A model generated the notes under the pieces. The model saw only the letters and a program-made list of their open reading frames with translations. It was not told where the DNA came from and did not search any database. The position numbers and the translations under genes were made by a program. Shown piece by piece: positions 14,601 to 28,999 of a DNA stretch of 64,000 nucleotides. This DNA is from the human T2T-CHM13v2.0 reference genome, Homo sapiens: the NCBI RefSeq assembly GCF_009914755.1, contig NC_060925.1. One strand, given 5' to 3'. How positions within the stretch are numbered: the first letter of the stretch is position 1; every line of letters starts with the position of its first letter.

Positions 14601-17490
14601 AATGGAATCATCTAATGGAATGGAATGGAATAATCCATGGACTCGAATGCAATCATCATCGAATGGAATCGAATGGAATCATCGAATGGACTCGAATGGA
14701 ATAATCATTGAACGGAATCGAATGGAATCATCATCGGATGGAAATGAATGGAATCATCATCGAATGGAATCGAATAGAATTATGGAATGAAATCCAGTGT
14801 GATCATCATCGAATGGACCCGAATGGAATCATCATCCAACGGAAGCTAATGGAATCAACATCGAATGAATCGAATGGAAACACCATCGAATTGAAACGAA
14901 TGGAATTATCATGAAATTGAAATGGATGGACTCATCATCGAATGGATTCGAATGGAATCATCGAATAAAATTGATTGAAATCATCATCGAATGGAATCGA
15001 ATGGTATCATTGAATGGAATCGAATGGAATCATCATCAGATGGAAATGAATGGAATCGTCATAGAATGGAATCGAATGGATTCATTGAATGGAATCAGAT
15101 GGAATCATCGAATGGACTGGAATGGAATCATTGAATGGACTCGAAAGGGATCATTATTGAATGGAATTGAATGGAATCATCGAATGGTCTCGATTGGAAT
15201 CATTACCAAATGGAATCGAATGGAATCACCGAATAGAATCGAATGGAACAATCATCGAATGGACTCAAATGGAATTATCCTCAAATGGAATCGAATGGAA
15301 TTATCGAATGCAATCGAATGGAATTATCGAATGCAATCGAATAGAATCATCGAATGGACTCGAATGGAATCATCGAATGGAATGGAATGGAACAGTCAAT
15401 GAACTCGAATGGAATCATCATTGAATGGAATCGAATGGAATCATCGAGTGGAATCGAATGGAATTATGATCAAATGGAATCGAATGTAATCATCATCAAA
15501 TGGAATCAAAAATAACCATCATCAATTGGTATTGAATGGAATTGTCATCAAATGGAATTCAAAGGAATCATCATCAAATGGAACCGAATGGAATCCTCAT
15601 TGAATGGAAACGAAAAGGGTCATCCTCTAATGGAATCGCATGGAATCATCATCAAATGGAATCGAATGGAATCATCATCAAATGGAATCTAATGGAATCA
15701 TTGAACAGAATTGAATGGAATCGTCATCGAATGAATTGAATGCAATCATCGAATGGTCTCGAATGGAATCATCTTCTAATGGAAAGGAATGGAATCATCG
15801 CATAGAATCGAATGGAATTATCATCGAATGGAATCGAATGGTATCAACACCAAACGGAAAAAAACGGAATTATCGAATGGAATCGAAGAGAATCTTCGAA
15901 CGGACCCGAATGGAATAATCTAATGGAATGGAATGGAATAATCCATGGACTCGAATGCAATCATCATCGAATGGAATGGAATGGAATCATCGAATGGACT
16001 CGAATGGAATAATCATTGAACGGAATCGAATGGAATCATCATCGGATGGAAACGAATGGAATCATCATCGAATGGAAATGAAAGGAGTCATCATCTAATG
16101 GAATTGCATGGAATCATCATAAAATGGAATCGAATGGAATCAACATCAAATGGAATCAAATGGAATCATTGAACGGAATTGAATGGAATCGTCATCGAAT
16201 GAATTGACTGCAATCATCGAATGTTCTCGAATGGAATCATCTTCAAATGGAATGGAATGGAATCATCGCATAGAATCGAATGGAATTATCATCGAATGGA
16301 ATCGAATGGAATCAACATCAAACGGAAAAAAACGGAATTATCGAATGGAATCGAAGAGAATCATCGAATGGACCCGAATGGAATCATCTAATGGAATGGA
16401 ATGGAATAATCCATGGACTCGAATGCAATCATCATCGAATGGAATCGAACGGAATCATCGAATGGACTCGAATGGAATAATCATTGAACGGAATCGAATG
16501 GAATCATCATCGGATGGAAATGAATGGAATCATCATCGAATGGAATCGAATAGAATTATGGAATGAAATCCAGTGTGATCATCATCGAATGGACCCGAAT
16601 GGAATCATCATCCAACGGAAGCTAATGGAATCAACATCGAATGAATCGAATGGAAACACCATCGAATTGAAACGAATGGAATTATCATGAAATTGAAATG
16701 GATGGACTCATCATCGAATGGATTCGAATGGAATCATCGAATAAAATTGATTGAAATCATCATCGAATGGAATCGAATGGTATCATTGAATGGAATCGAA
16801 TGGAATCATCATCAGATGGAAATGAATGGAATCGTCATAGAATGGAATCGAATGGATTCATTGAATGGAATCAGATGGAATCATCGAATGGACTGGAATG
16901 GAATCATTGAATGGACTCGAAAGGGATCATGATTGAATGGAATTGAATGGAATCATCGAATGGTCTCGATTGGAATCATTATCAAATGGAATCGAATGGA
17001 ATCACCGAATAGAATCGAATGGAACAATCATCGAATGGACTCAAATGGAATTATCCTCAAATGGAATCGAATCGAATTATCGAATGCAATCGAATGGAAT
17101 TATCGAATGCAATCGAATAGAATCATCGAAAGGACTCGAATGGAATCATCGAATGGAATGGAATGGAACAGTCAATGAACTCGAATGGAATCATCATTGA
17201 ATGGAATCGAATGGAATCATCGAGTGGAATCGAATGGAATTATGATCAAATGGAATCGAATGTAATCATCATCAAATGGAATCAAAAATAACCATCATCA
17301 ATTGGTATTGAATGGAATTGTCATCAAATGGAATTCAAAGGAATCATCATCAAATGGAACCGAATGGAATCCTCATTGAATGGAAATGAAAGGGGTCATC
17401 ATCTAATGGAATCGCATGGAATCATCATCAAATGGAATCGAATGGAATCATCATCAAATGGAATCTAATGGAATCATTGAACAGAATTGA

Positions 17491-19263
17491 ATGGAATCGT
17501 CATCGAATGAATTGAATGCAATCATCGAATGGTCTCGAATGGAATCATCTTCTAATGGAAAGGAATGGAATCATCGCATAGAATCGAATGGAATTATCAT
17601 CGAATGGAATCGAATGGTATCAACACCAAACGGAAAAAAACGGAATTATCGAATGGAATCGAAGAGAATCTTCGAACGGACGCGAATGGAATCATCTAAT
17701 GGAATGGAATGGAATAATCCATGGACTCGAATGCAATCATCATCGAATAGAATGGAATGGAATCATCGAATGGACTCGAATGGAATAATCATTGAACGGA
17801 ATCGAATGGAATCATCATCGGATGGAAACGAATGGAATCATCATCGAATGGAAATGAAAGGAGTCATCTAATGGAATTGCATGGAATCATCATAAAATGG
17901 AATCGAATGGAATCAACATCAAATGGAATCAAATGGAATCATTGAACGGAATTGAATGGAATCGTCATCGAATGAATTGACTGCAATCATCGAATGTTCT
18001 CGAATGGAATCATCTTCAAATGAAATGGAATGGAATCATCGCATAGAATCGAATGGAATTATCATCGAATGGAATCGAATGGAATCAACATCAAACGGAA
18101 AAAAACGGAATTATCGTATGGAATCGAAGAGAATCATCGAATGGACCCGAATGGAATCATCTAATGGAATGGAATGGAATAATCCATGGACTCGAATGCA
18201 ATCATCATCGAATGAAATCGAATGGAATCATCGAATGGACTCGAATGGAATAATCATTGAACGGAATCGAATGGAATCATCATCGGATGGAAATGAATGG
18301 AATCATCATCGAATGGAATCGAATAGAATTATGGAATGAAATCCAGTGTGATCATCATCGAATGGACCCGAATGGAATCATCATCCAACGGAAGCTAATG
18401 GAATCAACATCGAATGAATCGAATGGAAACACCATCGAATTGAAACGAATGGAATTATCATGAAATTGAAATGGATGGACTCATCATCGAATGGATTCGA
18501 ATGGAATCATCGAATAAAATTGATTGAAATCATCATCGAATGGAATCGAATGGTATCATTGAATGGAATCGAATGGAATCATCATCAGATGGAAATGAAT
18601 GGAATCGTCATAGAATGGAATCGAATGGATTCATTGAATGGAATCAGATGGAATCATCGAATGGACTGGAATGGAATCATTGAATGGACTCGAAAGGGAT
18701 CATGATTGAATGGAATTGAATGGAATCATGGAATGGTCTCGATTGGAATCATTATCAAATGGAATCGAATGGAATCACCGAATAGAATCGAATGGAACAA
18801 TCATCGAATGGACTCAAATGGAATTATCCTCAAATGGAATCGAATTCAATTATCGAATGCAATCGAATGGAATTATCGAATGCAATCGAATAGAATCATC
18901 GAAAGGACTCGAATGGAATCATCGAATGGAATGGAATGGAACAGTCAATGAACTCGAATGGAATCATCATTGAATGGAATCGAATGGAATCATCGAGTGG
19001 AATCGAATGGAATTATGATCAAATGGAATCGAATGTAATCATCATCAAATGGAATCAAAAATAACCATCATCAATTGGTATTGAATGGAATTGTCATCAA
19101 ATGGAATTCAAAGGAATCATCATCAAATGGAACCGAATGGAATCCTCATTGAATGGAAATGAAAGGGGTCATCATCTAATGGAATCGCATGGAATCATCA
19201 TCAAATGGAATCGAATGGAATCATCATCAAATGGAATCTAATGGAATCATTGAACAGAATTGA
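17491..19263. repeat. 1,773-bp unit (one ATC triplet deleted near 17865)
   Basis: gagtcatctaa replaces gagtcatcatctaa. The A ORF is 126 aa instead of 127 and the spacing is 1,773. Confidence 0.9.
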
Positions 19264-20594
19264 ATGGAATCGTCATCGAATGAATTGAATGCAATCATCG
19301 AATGGTCTCGAATGGAATCATCTTCTAATGGAAAGGAATGGAATCATCGCATAGAATCGAATGGAATTATCATCGAATGGAATCGAATGGTATCAACACC
19401 AAACGGAAAAAAACGGAATTATCGAATGGAATCGAAGAGAATCTTCGAACGGACCCGAATGGAATCATCTAATGGAATGGAATGGAATAATCCATGGACT
19501 CGAATGCAATCACCATCGAATGGAATCGAATGGAATCATCGAATGGACTCGAATGGAATAATCATTGAACGGAATCGAATGGAATCATCATCGGATGGAA
19601 ATGAATGGAATCATCATCGAATGGAATCGAATAGAATTATGGAATGAAATCCAGTGTGATCATCATCGAATGGACCCGAATGGAATCATCATCCAACGGA
19701 AGCTAATGGAATCAACATCGAATGAATCGAATGGAAACACCATCGAATTGAAACGAATGGAATTATCATGAAATTGAAATGGATGGACTCATCATCGAAT
19801 GGATTCGAATGGAATCATCGAATAAAATTGATTGAAATCATCATCAAATGGAATCGAATGGTATCATTGAATGGAATCGAATGGAATCATCATCAGATGG
19901 AAATGAATGGAATCGTCATAGAATGGAATCGAATGGATTCATTGAATGGAATCAGATGGAATCATCGAATGGACTGGAATGGAATCATTGAATGGACTCG
20001 AAAGGCATCATTATTGAATGGAATTGAATGGAATCATCGAATGGTCTCGATTGGAATCATTACCAAATGGAATCGAATGGAATCACCGAATAGAATCGAA
20101 TGGAACAATCATCGAATGGACTCAAATGGAATTATCCTCCAATGGAATCGAATGGAATTATCGAATGCAATCGAATGGAATTATCGAATGCAATCGAATG
20201 GAATTATCGAATGCAATCGAATAGAATCATCGAATGGACTCGAATGGAATCATCGAATGGAATGGAATGGAACAGTCAATGAACTCGAATGGAATCATCA
20301 TTGAATGGAATCGAATGGAATCATCGAGTGGAATCGAATGGAATTATGATCAAATGGAATCGAATGTAATCATCATCAAATGGAATCAAAAATAACCATC
20401 ATCAATTGGTATTGAATGGAATTGTCATCAAATGGAATTCAAAGGAATCATCATCAAATGGAACCGAATGGAATCCTCATTGAATGGAAATGAAAGGGGT
20501 CATCATCTAATGGAATCGCATGGAATCATCATCAAATGGAATCGAATGGAATCATCATCAAATGGAATCTAATGGAATCATTGAACAGAATTGA
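19264..20594. repeat. 1,331-bp variant unit, copy 3
   Basis: Spacing 19264 to 20595 is 1,331. Shares caccatc, aaaggcatc and the triple 23-mer, but lacks tataatc and tcctacgg. Confidence 0.92.
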
Positions 20595-23500
20595 ATGGAA
20601 TCGTCATCGAATGAATTGAATGCAATCATCGAATGGTCTCGAATGGAATCATCTTCTAATGGAAAGGAATGGAATCATCGCATAGAATCGAATGGAATTA
20701 TCATCGAATGGAATCGAATGGTATCAACACCAAACGGAAAAAAACGGAATTATCGAATGGAATCGAAGAGAATCTTCGAACGGACCCGAATGGAATCATC
20801 TAATGGAATGGAATGGAATAATCCATGGACTCGAATGCAATCATCATCGAATGGAATCGAATGGAGTCATCGAATGGACTCGAATGGAATAATCATTGAA
20901 CGGAATCGAATGGAATCATCATCGGATGGAAACGAATGGAATCATCATCGAATGGAAATGAAAGGAGTCATCATCTAATGGAATTGCATGGAATCATCAT
21001 AAAATGGAATCGAATGGAATCAACATCAAATGGAATCAAATGGAATCATTGAACGGAATTGAATGGAATCGTCATCGAATGAATTGACTGCAATCATCGA
21101 ATGGTCTCGAATGGAATCATCTTCAAATGGAATGGAATGGAATCATCGCATAGAATCGAATGGAATTATCATCGAATGGAATCGAATGGAATCAACATCA
21201 AACGGAAAAAAACAGAATTATCGTATGGAATCTAAGAGAATCATCGAATGGACCCGAATGGAATCATCTAATGGAATGGAATGGAATAATCCATGGACTC
21301 GAATGCAATCATCATCGAATGGAATCGAATGGAATCATCGAATGGACTCGAATGGAATAATCATTGAACGGAATCGAATGGAATCATCATCGGATGGAAA
21401 TGAATGGAATCATCATCGAATGGAATCGAATAGAATTATGGAATGAAATCCAGTGTGATCATCATCGAATGGACCCGAATGGAATCATCATCCAACGGAA
21501 GCTAATGGAATCAACATCGAATGAATTGAATGGAAACACCATCGAATTGAAACGAATGGAATTATCATGAAATTGAAATGGATGGACACATCATCGAATG
21601 GATTCGAATGGAATCATCGAATAAAATTGATTGAAATCATCATCAAATGGAATCGAATGGTATCATTGAATGGAATCGAATGGAATCATCATCAGATGGA
21701 AATGAATGGAATCGTCATAGAATGGAATCGAATGGATTCATTGAATGGAATCAGATGGAATCATCGAATGGACTGGAATGGAATCATTGAATGGACTCGA
21801 AAGGGATCATTATTGAATGGAATTGAATGGAATCATCGAATGGTCTCGATTGGAATCATTATCAAATGGAATCGAATGGAATCACCGAATAGAATCGAAT
21901 GGAACAATCATCGAATGGACTCAAATGGAATTATCCTCAAATGGAATCGAATGGAATTATCGAATGCAATCGAATGGAATTATCGAATGCAATCGAATAG
22001 AATCATCGAAAGGACTCGAATGGAATCATCGAATGGAATGGAATGGAACAGTCAATGAACTCGAATGGAATCATCATTGAATGGAATCGAATGGAATCAT
22101 CGAGTGGAATCGAATGGAATTATGATCAAATGGAATCGAATGTATTCATCATCAAATGGAATCAAAAATAACCATCATCAATTGGTATTGAATGGAATTG
22201 TCATCAAATGGAATTCAAAGGAATCATCATCAAATGGAACTGAATGGAATCCTCATTGAATGGAAATGAAAGGGGTCATCATCTAATGGAATCGCATGGA
22301 ATCATCATCAAATGGAATCGAATGGAATCATCATCAAATGGAATCTAATGGAATCATTGAACAGAATTGAATGGAATCGTCATCGAATGAATTGAATGCA
22401 ATCATCGAATGGTCTCGAATGGAATCATCTTCTAATGGAAAGGAATGGAATCATCGCATAGAATCGAATGGAATTATCATCGAATGGAATCGAATGGTAT
22501 CAACACCAAACGGAAAAAAACGGAATTATCGAATGGAATCGAAGAGAATCTTCGAACGGACGCGAATGGAATCATCTAATGGAATGGAATGGAATAATCC
22601 ATGGACTCGAATGCAATCATCATCGAATGGAATGGAATGGAATCATCGAATGGACTCGAATGGAATAATCATTGAACGGAATCGAATGGAATCATCATCG
22701 GATGGAAACGAATGGAATCATCATCGAATGGAAATGAAAGGAGTCATCATCTAATGGAATTGCATGGAATCATCATAAAATGGAATCGAATGGAATCAAC
22801 ATCAAATGGAATCAAATGGAATCATTGAACGGAATTGAATGGAATCGTCATCGAATGAATTGACTGCAATCATCGAATGTTCTCGAATGGAATCATCTTC
22901 AAATGGAATGGAATGGAATCATCGCATAGAATCGAATGGAATTATCATCGAATGGAATCGAATGGAATCAACATCAAACGGAAAAAAACGGAATTATCGT
23001 ATGGAATCGAAGAGAATCATCGAATGGACCCGAATGGAATCATCTAATGGAATGGAATGGAATAATCCATGGACTCGAATGCAATCATCATCGAATGAAA
23101 TCGAATGGAATCATCGAATGGACTCGAATGGAATAATCATTGAACGGAATCGAATGGAATCATCATCGGATGGAAATGAATGGAATCATCATCGAATGGA
23201 ATCGAATAGAATTATGGAATGAAATCCAGTGTGATCATCATCGAATGGACCCGAATGGAATCATCATCCAACGGAAGCTAATGGAATCAACATCGAATGA
23301 ATCGAATGGAAACACCATCGAATTGAAACGAATGGAATTATCATGAAATTGAAATGGATGGACTCATCATCGAATGGATTCGAATGGAATCATCGAATAA
23401 AATTGATTGAAATCATCATCGAATGGAATCGAATGGTATCATTGAATGGAATCGAATGGAATCATCATCAGATGGAAATGAATGGAATCGTCATAGAATG

Positions 23501-24146
23501 GAATCGAATGGATTCATTGAATGGAATCAGATGGAATCATCGAATGGACTGGAATGGAATCATTGAATGGACTCGAAAGGGATCATGATTGAATGGAATT
23601 GAATGGAATCATGGAATGGTCTCGATTGGAATCATTATCAAATGGAATCGAATGGAATCACCGAATAGAATCGAATGGAACAATCATCGAATGGACTCAA
23701 ATGGAATTATCCTCAAATGGAATCGAATGGAATTATCGAATGCAATCGAATGGAATTATCGAATGCAATCGAATAGAATCATCGAAAGGACTCGAATGGA
23801 ATCATCGAATGGAATGGAATGGAACAGTCAATGAACTCGAATGGAATCATCATTGAATGGAATCGAATGGAATCATCGAGTGGAATCGAATGGAATTATG
23901 ATCAAATGGAATCGAATGTAATCATCATCAAATGGAATCAAAAATAACCATCATCAATTGGTATTGAATGGAATTGTCATCAAATGGAATTCAAAGGAAT
24001 CATCATCAAATGGAACCGAATGGAATCCTCATTGAATGGAAATGAAAGGGGTCATCATCTAATGGAATCGCATGGAATCATCATCAAATGGAATCGAATG
24101 GAATCATCATCAAATGGAATCTAATGGAATCATTGAACAGAATTGA

Positions 24147-25447
24147 ATGGAATCGTCATCGAATGAATTGAATGCAATCATCGAATGGTCTCGAATGGAA
24201 TCATCTTCTAATGGAAAGGAATGGAATCATCGCATAGAATCGAATGGAATTATCATCGAATGGAATCGAATGGTATCAACACCAAACGGAAAAAAACGGA
24301 ATTATCGAATGGAATCGAAGAGAATCTTCGAACGGACCCGAATGGAATCATCTAATGGAATGGAATGGAATAATCCATGGACTCGAATGCAATCATCATC
24401 GAATGGAATCGAATGGAATCATCGAATGGACTCGAATGGAATAATCATTGAACGGAATCGAATGGAATCATCATCGGATGGAAATGAATGGAATCATCAT
24501 CGAAGGGAAATGAAAGGAGTCATCATCTAATGGAATTGCATGGAATCATCATAAAATGGAATCGAATGGAATCAACATCAAATGGAATCAAATGGAATCA
24601 TTGAACGGAATTGAATGGAATCGTCATCGAATGAATTGACTGCAATCATCGAATGGTCTCGAATGGAATCATCTTCAAATGGAATGGAATGGAATCATCG
24701 CATAGAATCGAATGGAATTATCATCGAATGGAATCGAATGGAATCAACATCAAACGGAAAAAAACGGAATTATCGAATGGAATCGAAGAGAATCATCGAA
24801 TGGACCCGAATGGAATCATCTAATGGAATGGAATGGAATAATCCATGGACTCGAATGCAATCATCATCGAATGGAATCGAATGGAATCATCGAATGGTCT
24901 CGATTGGAATCATTACCAAATGGAATCGAATGGAATCACCGAATAGAATCGAATGGAACAATCATCGAATGGACTCAAATGGAATTATCCTCCAATGGAA
25001 TCGAATGGAATTATCGAATGCAATCGAATGGAATTATCGAATGCAATCGAATGGAATTATCGAATGCAATCGAATAGAATCATCGAATGGACTCGAATGG
25101 AATCATCGAATGGAATGGAATGGAACAGTCAATGAACTCGAATGGAATCATCATTGAATGGAATCGAATGGAATCATCGAGTGGAATCGAATGGAATTAT
25201 GATCAAATGGAATCGAATGTAATCATCATCAAATGGAATCAAAAATAACCATCATCAATTGGTATTGAATGGAATTGTCATCAAATGGAATTCAAAGGAA
25301 TCATCATCAAATGGAACCGAATGGAATCCTCATTGAATGGAAATGAAAGGGGTCATCATCTAATGGAATCGCATGGAATCATCATCAAATGGAATCGAAT
25401 GGAATCATCATCAAATGGAATCTAATGGAATCATTGAACAGAATTGA
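24147..25447. repeat. 1,301-bp variant unit (498-bp deletion plus 23-bp gain)
   Basis: Spacing 24147 to 25448 is 1,301 = 1776-498+23. Block B runs directly into ggtctcgattgg at 24896, and the atccagtgtg, cggaagcta and aattgattg landmarks are missing. Confidence 0.92.
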
Positions 25448-28400
25448 ATGGAATCGTCATCGAATGAATTGAATGCAATCATCGAATGGTCTCGAATGGA
25501 ATCATCTTCTAATGGAAAGGAATGGAATCATCGCATAGAATCGAATGGAATTATCATCGAATGGAATCGAATGGTATCAACACCAAACGGAAAAAAACGG
25601 AATTATCGAATGGAATCGAAGAGAATCTTCGAACGGACCCGAATGGAATCATCTAATGGAATGGAATGGAATAATCCATGGACTCGAATGCAATCATCAT
25701 CGAATGGAATCGAATGGAGTCATCGAATGGACTCGAATGGAATAATCATTGAACGGAATCGAATGGAATCATCATCGGATGGAAACGAATGGAATCATCA
25801 TCGAATGGAAATGAAAGGAGTCATCATCTAATGGAATTGCATGGAATCATCATAAAATGGAATCGAATGGAATCAACATCAAATGGAATCAAATGGAATC
25901 ATTGAACGGAATTGAATGGAATCGTCATCGAATGAATTGACTGCAATCATCGAATGGTCTCGAATGGAATCATCTTCAAATGGAATGGAATGGAATCATC
26001 GCATAGAATCGAATGGAATTATCATCGAATGGAATCGAATGGAATCAACATCAAACGGAAAAAAACAGAATTATCGTATGGAATCTAAGAGAATCATCGA
26101 ATGGACCCGAATGGAATCATCTAATGGAATGGAATGGAATAATCCATGGACTCGAATGCAATCATCATCGAATGGAATCGAATGGAATCATCAAATGGAC
26201 TCGAATGGAATAATCATTGAACGGAATCGAATGGAATCATCATCGGATGGAAATGAATGGAATCATCATCGAATGGAATCGAATAGAATTATGGAATGAA
26301 ATCCAGTGTGATCATCATCGAATGGACCCGAATGGAATCATCATCCAACGGAAGCTAATGGAATCAACATCGAATGAATCGAATGGAAACACCATCGAAT
26401 TGAAACGAATGGAATTATCATGAAATTGAAATGGATGGACACATCATCGAATGGATTCGAATGGAATCATCGAATAAAATTGATTGAAATCATCATCAAA
26501 TGGAATCGAATGGTATCATTGAATGGAATCGAATGGAATCATCATCAGATGGAAATGAATGGAATCGTCATAGAATGGAATCGAATGGATTCATTGAATG
26601 GAATCAGATGGAATCATCGAATGGACTGGAATGGAATCATTGAATGGACTCGAAAGGGATCATGATTGAATGGAATTGAATGGAATCATCGAATGGTCTC
26701 GATTGGAATCATTATCAAATGGAATCGAATGGAATCACCGAATAGAATCGAATGGAACAATCATCGAATGGACTCAAATGGAATTATCCTCAAATGGAAT
26801 CGAATGGAATTATCGAATGCAATCGAATGGAATTATCGAATGCAATCGAATAGAATCATCGAATGGACTCGAATGGAATCATCGAATGGAATGGAATGGA
26901 ACAGTCAATGAACTCGAATGGAATCATCATTGAATGGAATCGAATGGAATCATCGAGTGGAATCGAATGGAATTATGATCAAATGGAATCGAATGTAATC
27001 ATCATCAAATGGAATCAAAAATAACCATCATCAATTGGTATTGAATGGAATTGTCATCAAATGGAATTCAAAGGAATCATCATCAAATGGAACCGAATGG
27101 AATCCTCATTGAATGGAAATGAAAGGGGTCATCATCTAATGGAATCGCATGGAATCATCATCAAATGGAATCGAATGGAATCATCATCAAATGGAATCTA
27201 ATGGAATCATTGAACAGAATTGAATGGAATCGTCATCGAATGAATTGAATGCAATCATCGAATGGTCTCGAATGGAATCATCTTCTAATGGAAAGGAATG
27301 GAATCATCGCATAGAATCGAATGGAATTATCATCGAATGGAATCGAATGGTATCAACACCAAACGGAAAAAAACGGAATTATCGAATGGAATCGAAGAGA
27401 ATCTTCGAACGGACCCGAATGGAATCATCTAATGGAATGGAATGGAATAATCCATGGACTCGAATGCAATCATCATCGAATGGAATCGAATGGAATCATC
27501 GAATGGACTCGAATGGAATAATCATTGAACGGAATCGAATGGAATCATCATCGGATGGAAATGAATGGAATCATCATCGAATGGAAATGAAAGGAGTCAT
27601 CATCTAATGGAATTGCATGGAATCATCATAAAATGGAATCGAATGGAATCAACATCAAATGGAATCAAATGGAATCATTGAACGGAATTGAATGGAATCG
27701 TCATCGAATGAATTGACTGCAATCATCGAATGGTCTCGAATGGAATCATCTTCAAATGGAATGGAATGGAATCATCGCATAGAATCGAATGGAATTATCA
27801 TCGAATGGAATCGAATGGAATCAACATCAAACGGAAAAAAACGGAATTATCGAATGGAATCGAAGAGAATCATCGAATGGACCCGAATGGAATCATCTAA
27901 TGGAATGGAATGGAATAATCCATGGACTCGAATGCAATCATCATCGAATGGAATCGAATGGAATCATCGAATGGACTAGAATGGAATAATCATTGAACGG
28001 AATCGAATGGAATCATCATCGGATGGAAATGAATGGAATCATCATCGAATGGAATCGAATAGAATTATGGAATGAAATCCAGTGTGATCATCATCGAATG
28101 GACCCGAATGGAATCATCATCCAACGGAAGCTAATGGAATCAACATCGAATGAATCGAATGGAAACACCATCGAATTGAAACGAATGGAATTATCATGAA
28201 ATTGAAATGGATGGACTCATCATCGAATGGATTCGAATGGAATCATCGAATAAAATTGATTGAAATCATCATCCAATGGAATCGAATGGTATCATTGAAT
28301 GGAATCGAATGGAATCATCATCAGATGGAAATGAATGGAATCGTCATAGAATGGAATCGAATGGATTCATTGAATGGAATCAGATGGAATCATCGAATGG

Positions 28401-28999
28401 ACTGGAATGGAATCATTGAATGGACTCGAAAGGGATCATGATTGAATGGAATTGAATAGAATCATCGAATGGTCTCGATTGGAATCATTACCAAATGGAA
28501 TCGAATGGAATCACCGAATAGAATCGAATGGAACAATCATCGAATGGACTCAAATGGAATTATCCTCAAATGGAATCGAATGGAATTATCGAATGCAATC
28601 GAATGGAATTATCGAATGCAATCGAATAGAATCATCGAATGGACTCGAATGGAATCATCGAATGGAATGGAATGGAACAGTCAATGAACTCGAATGGAAT
28701 CATCATTGAATGGAATCGAATGGAATCATCGAGTGGAATCGAATGGAATTATGATCAAATGGAATCGAATGTAATCATCATCAAATGGAATCAAAAATAA
28801 CCATCATCAATTGGTATTGAATGGAATTGTCATCAAATGGAATTCAAAGGAATCATCATCAAATGGAACCGAATGGAATCCTCATTGAATGGAAATGAAA
28901 GGGGACATCATCTAATGGAATCGCATGGAATCATCATCAAATGGAATCGAATGGAATCATCATCAAATGGAATCAAATGGAATCATTGAACGGAATTGA

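Noticed and set aside
24615-25157. Longest ORF (180 aa), unique in the window
   Set aside because: It is a chance in-frame fusion across the 498-bp deletion (a multiple of 3), with no evidence of function.
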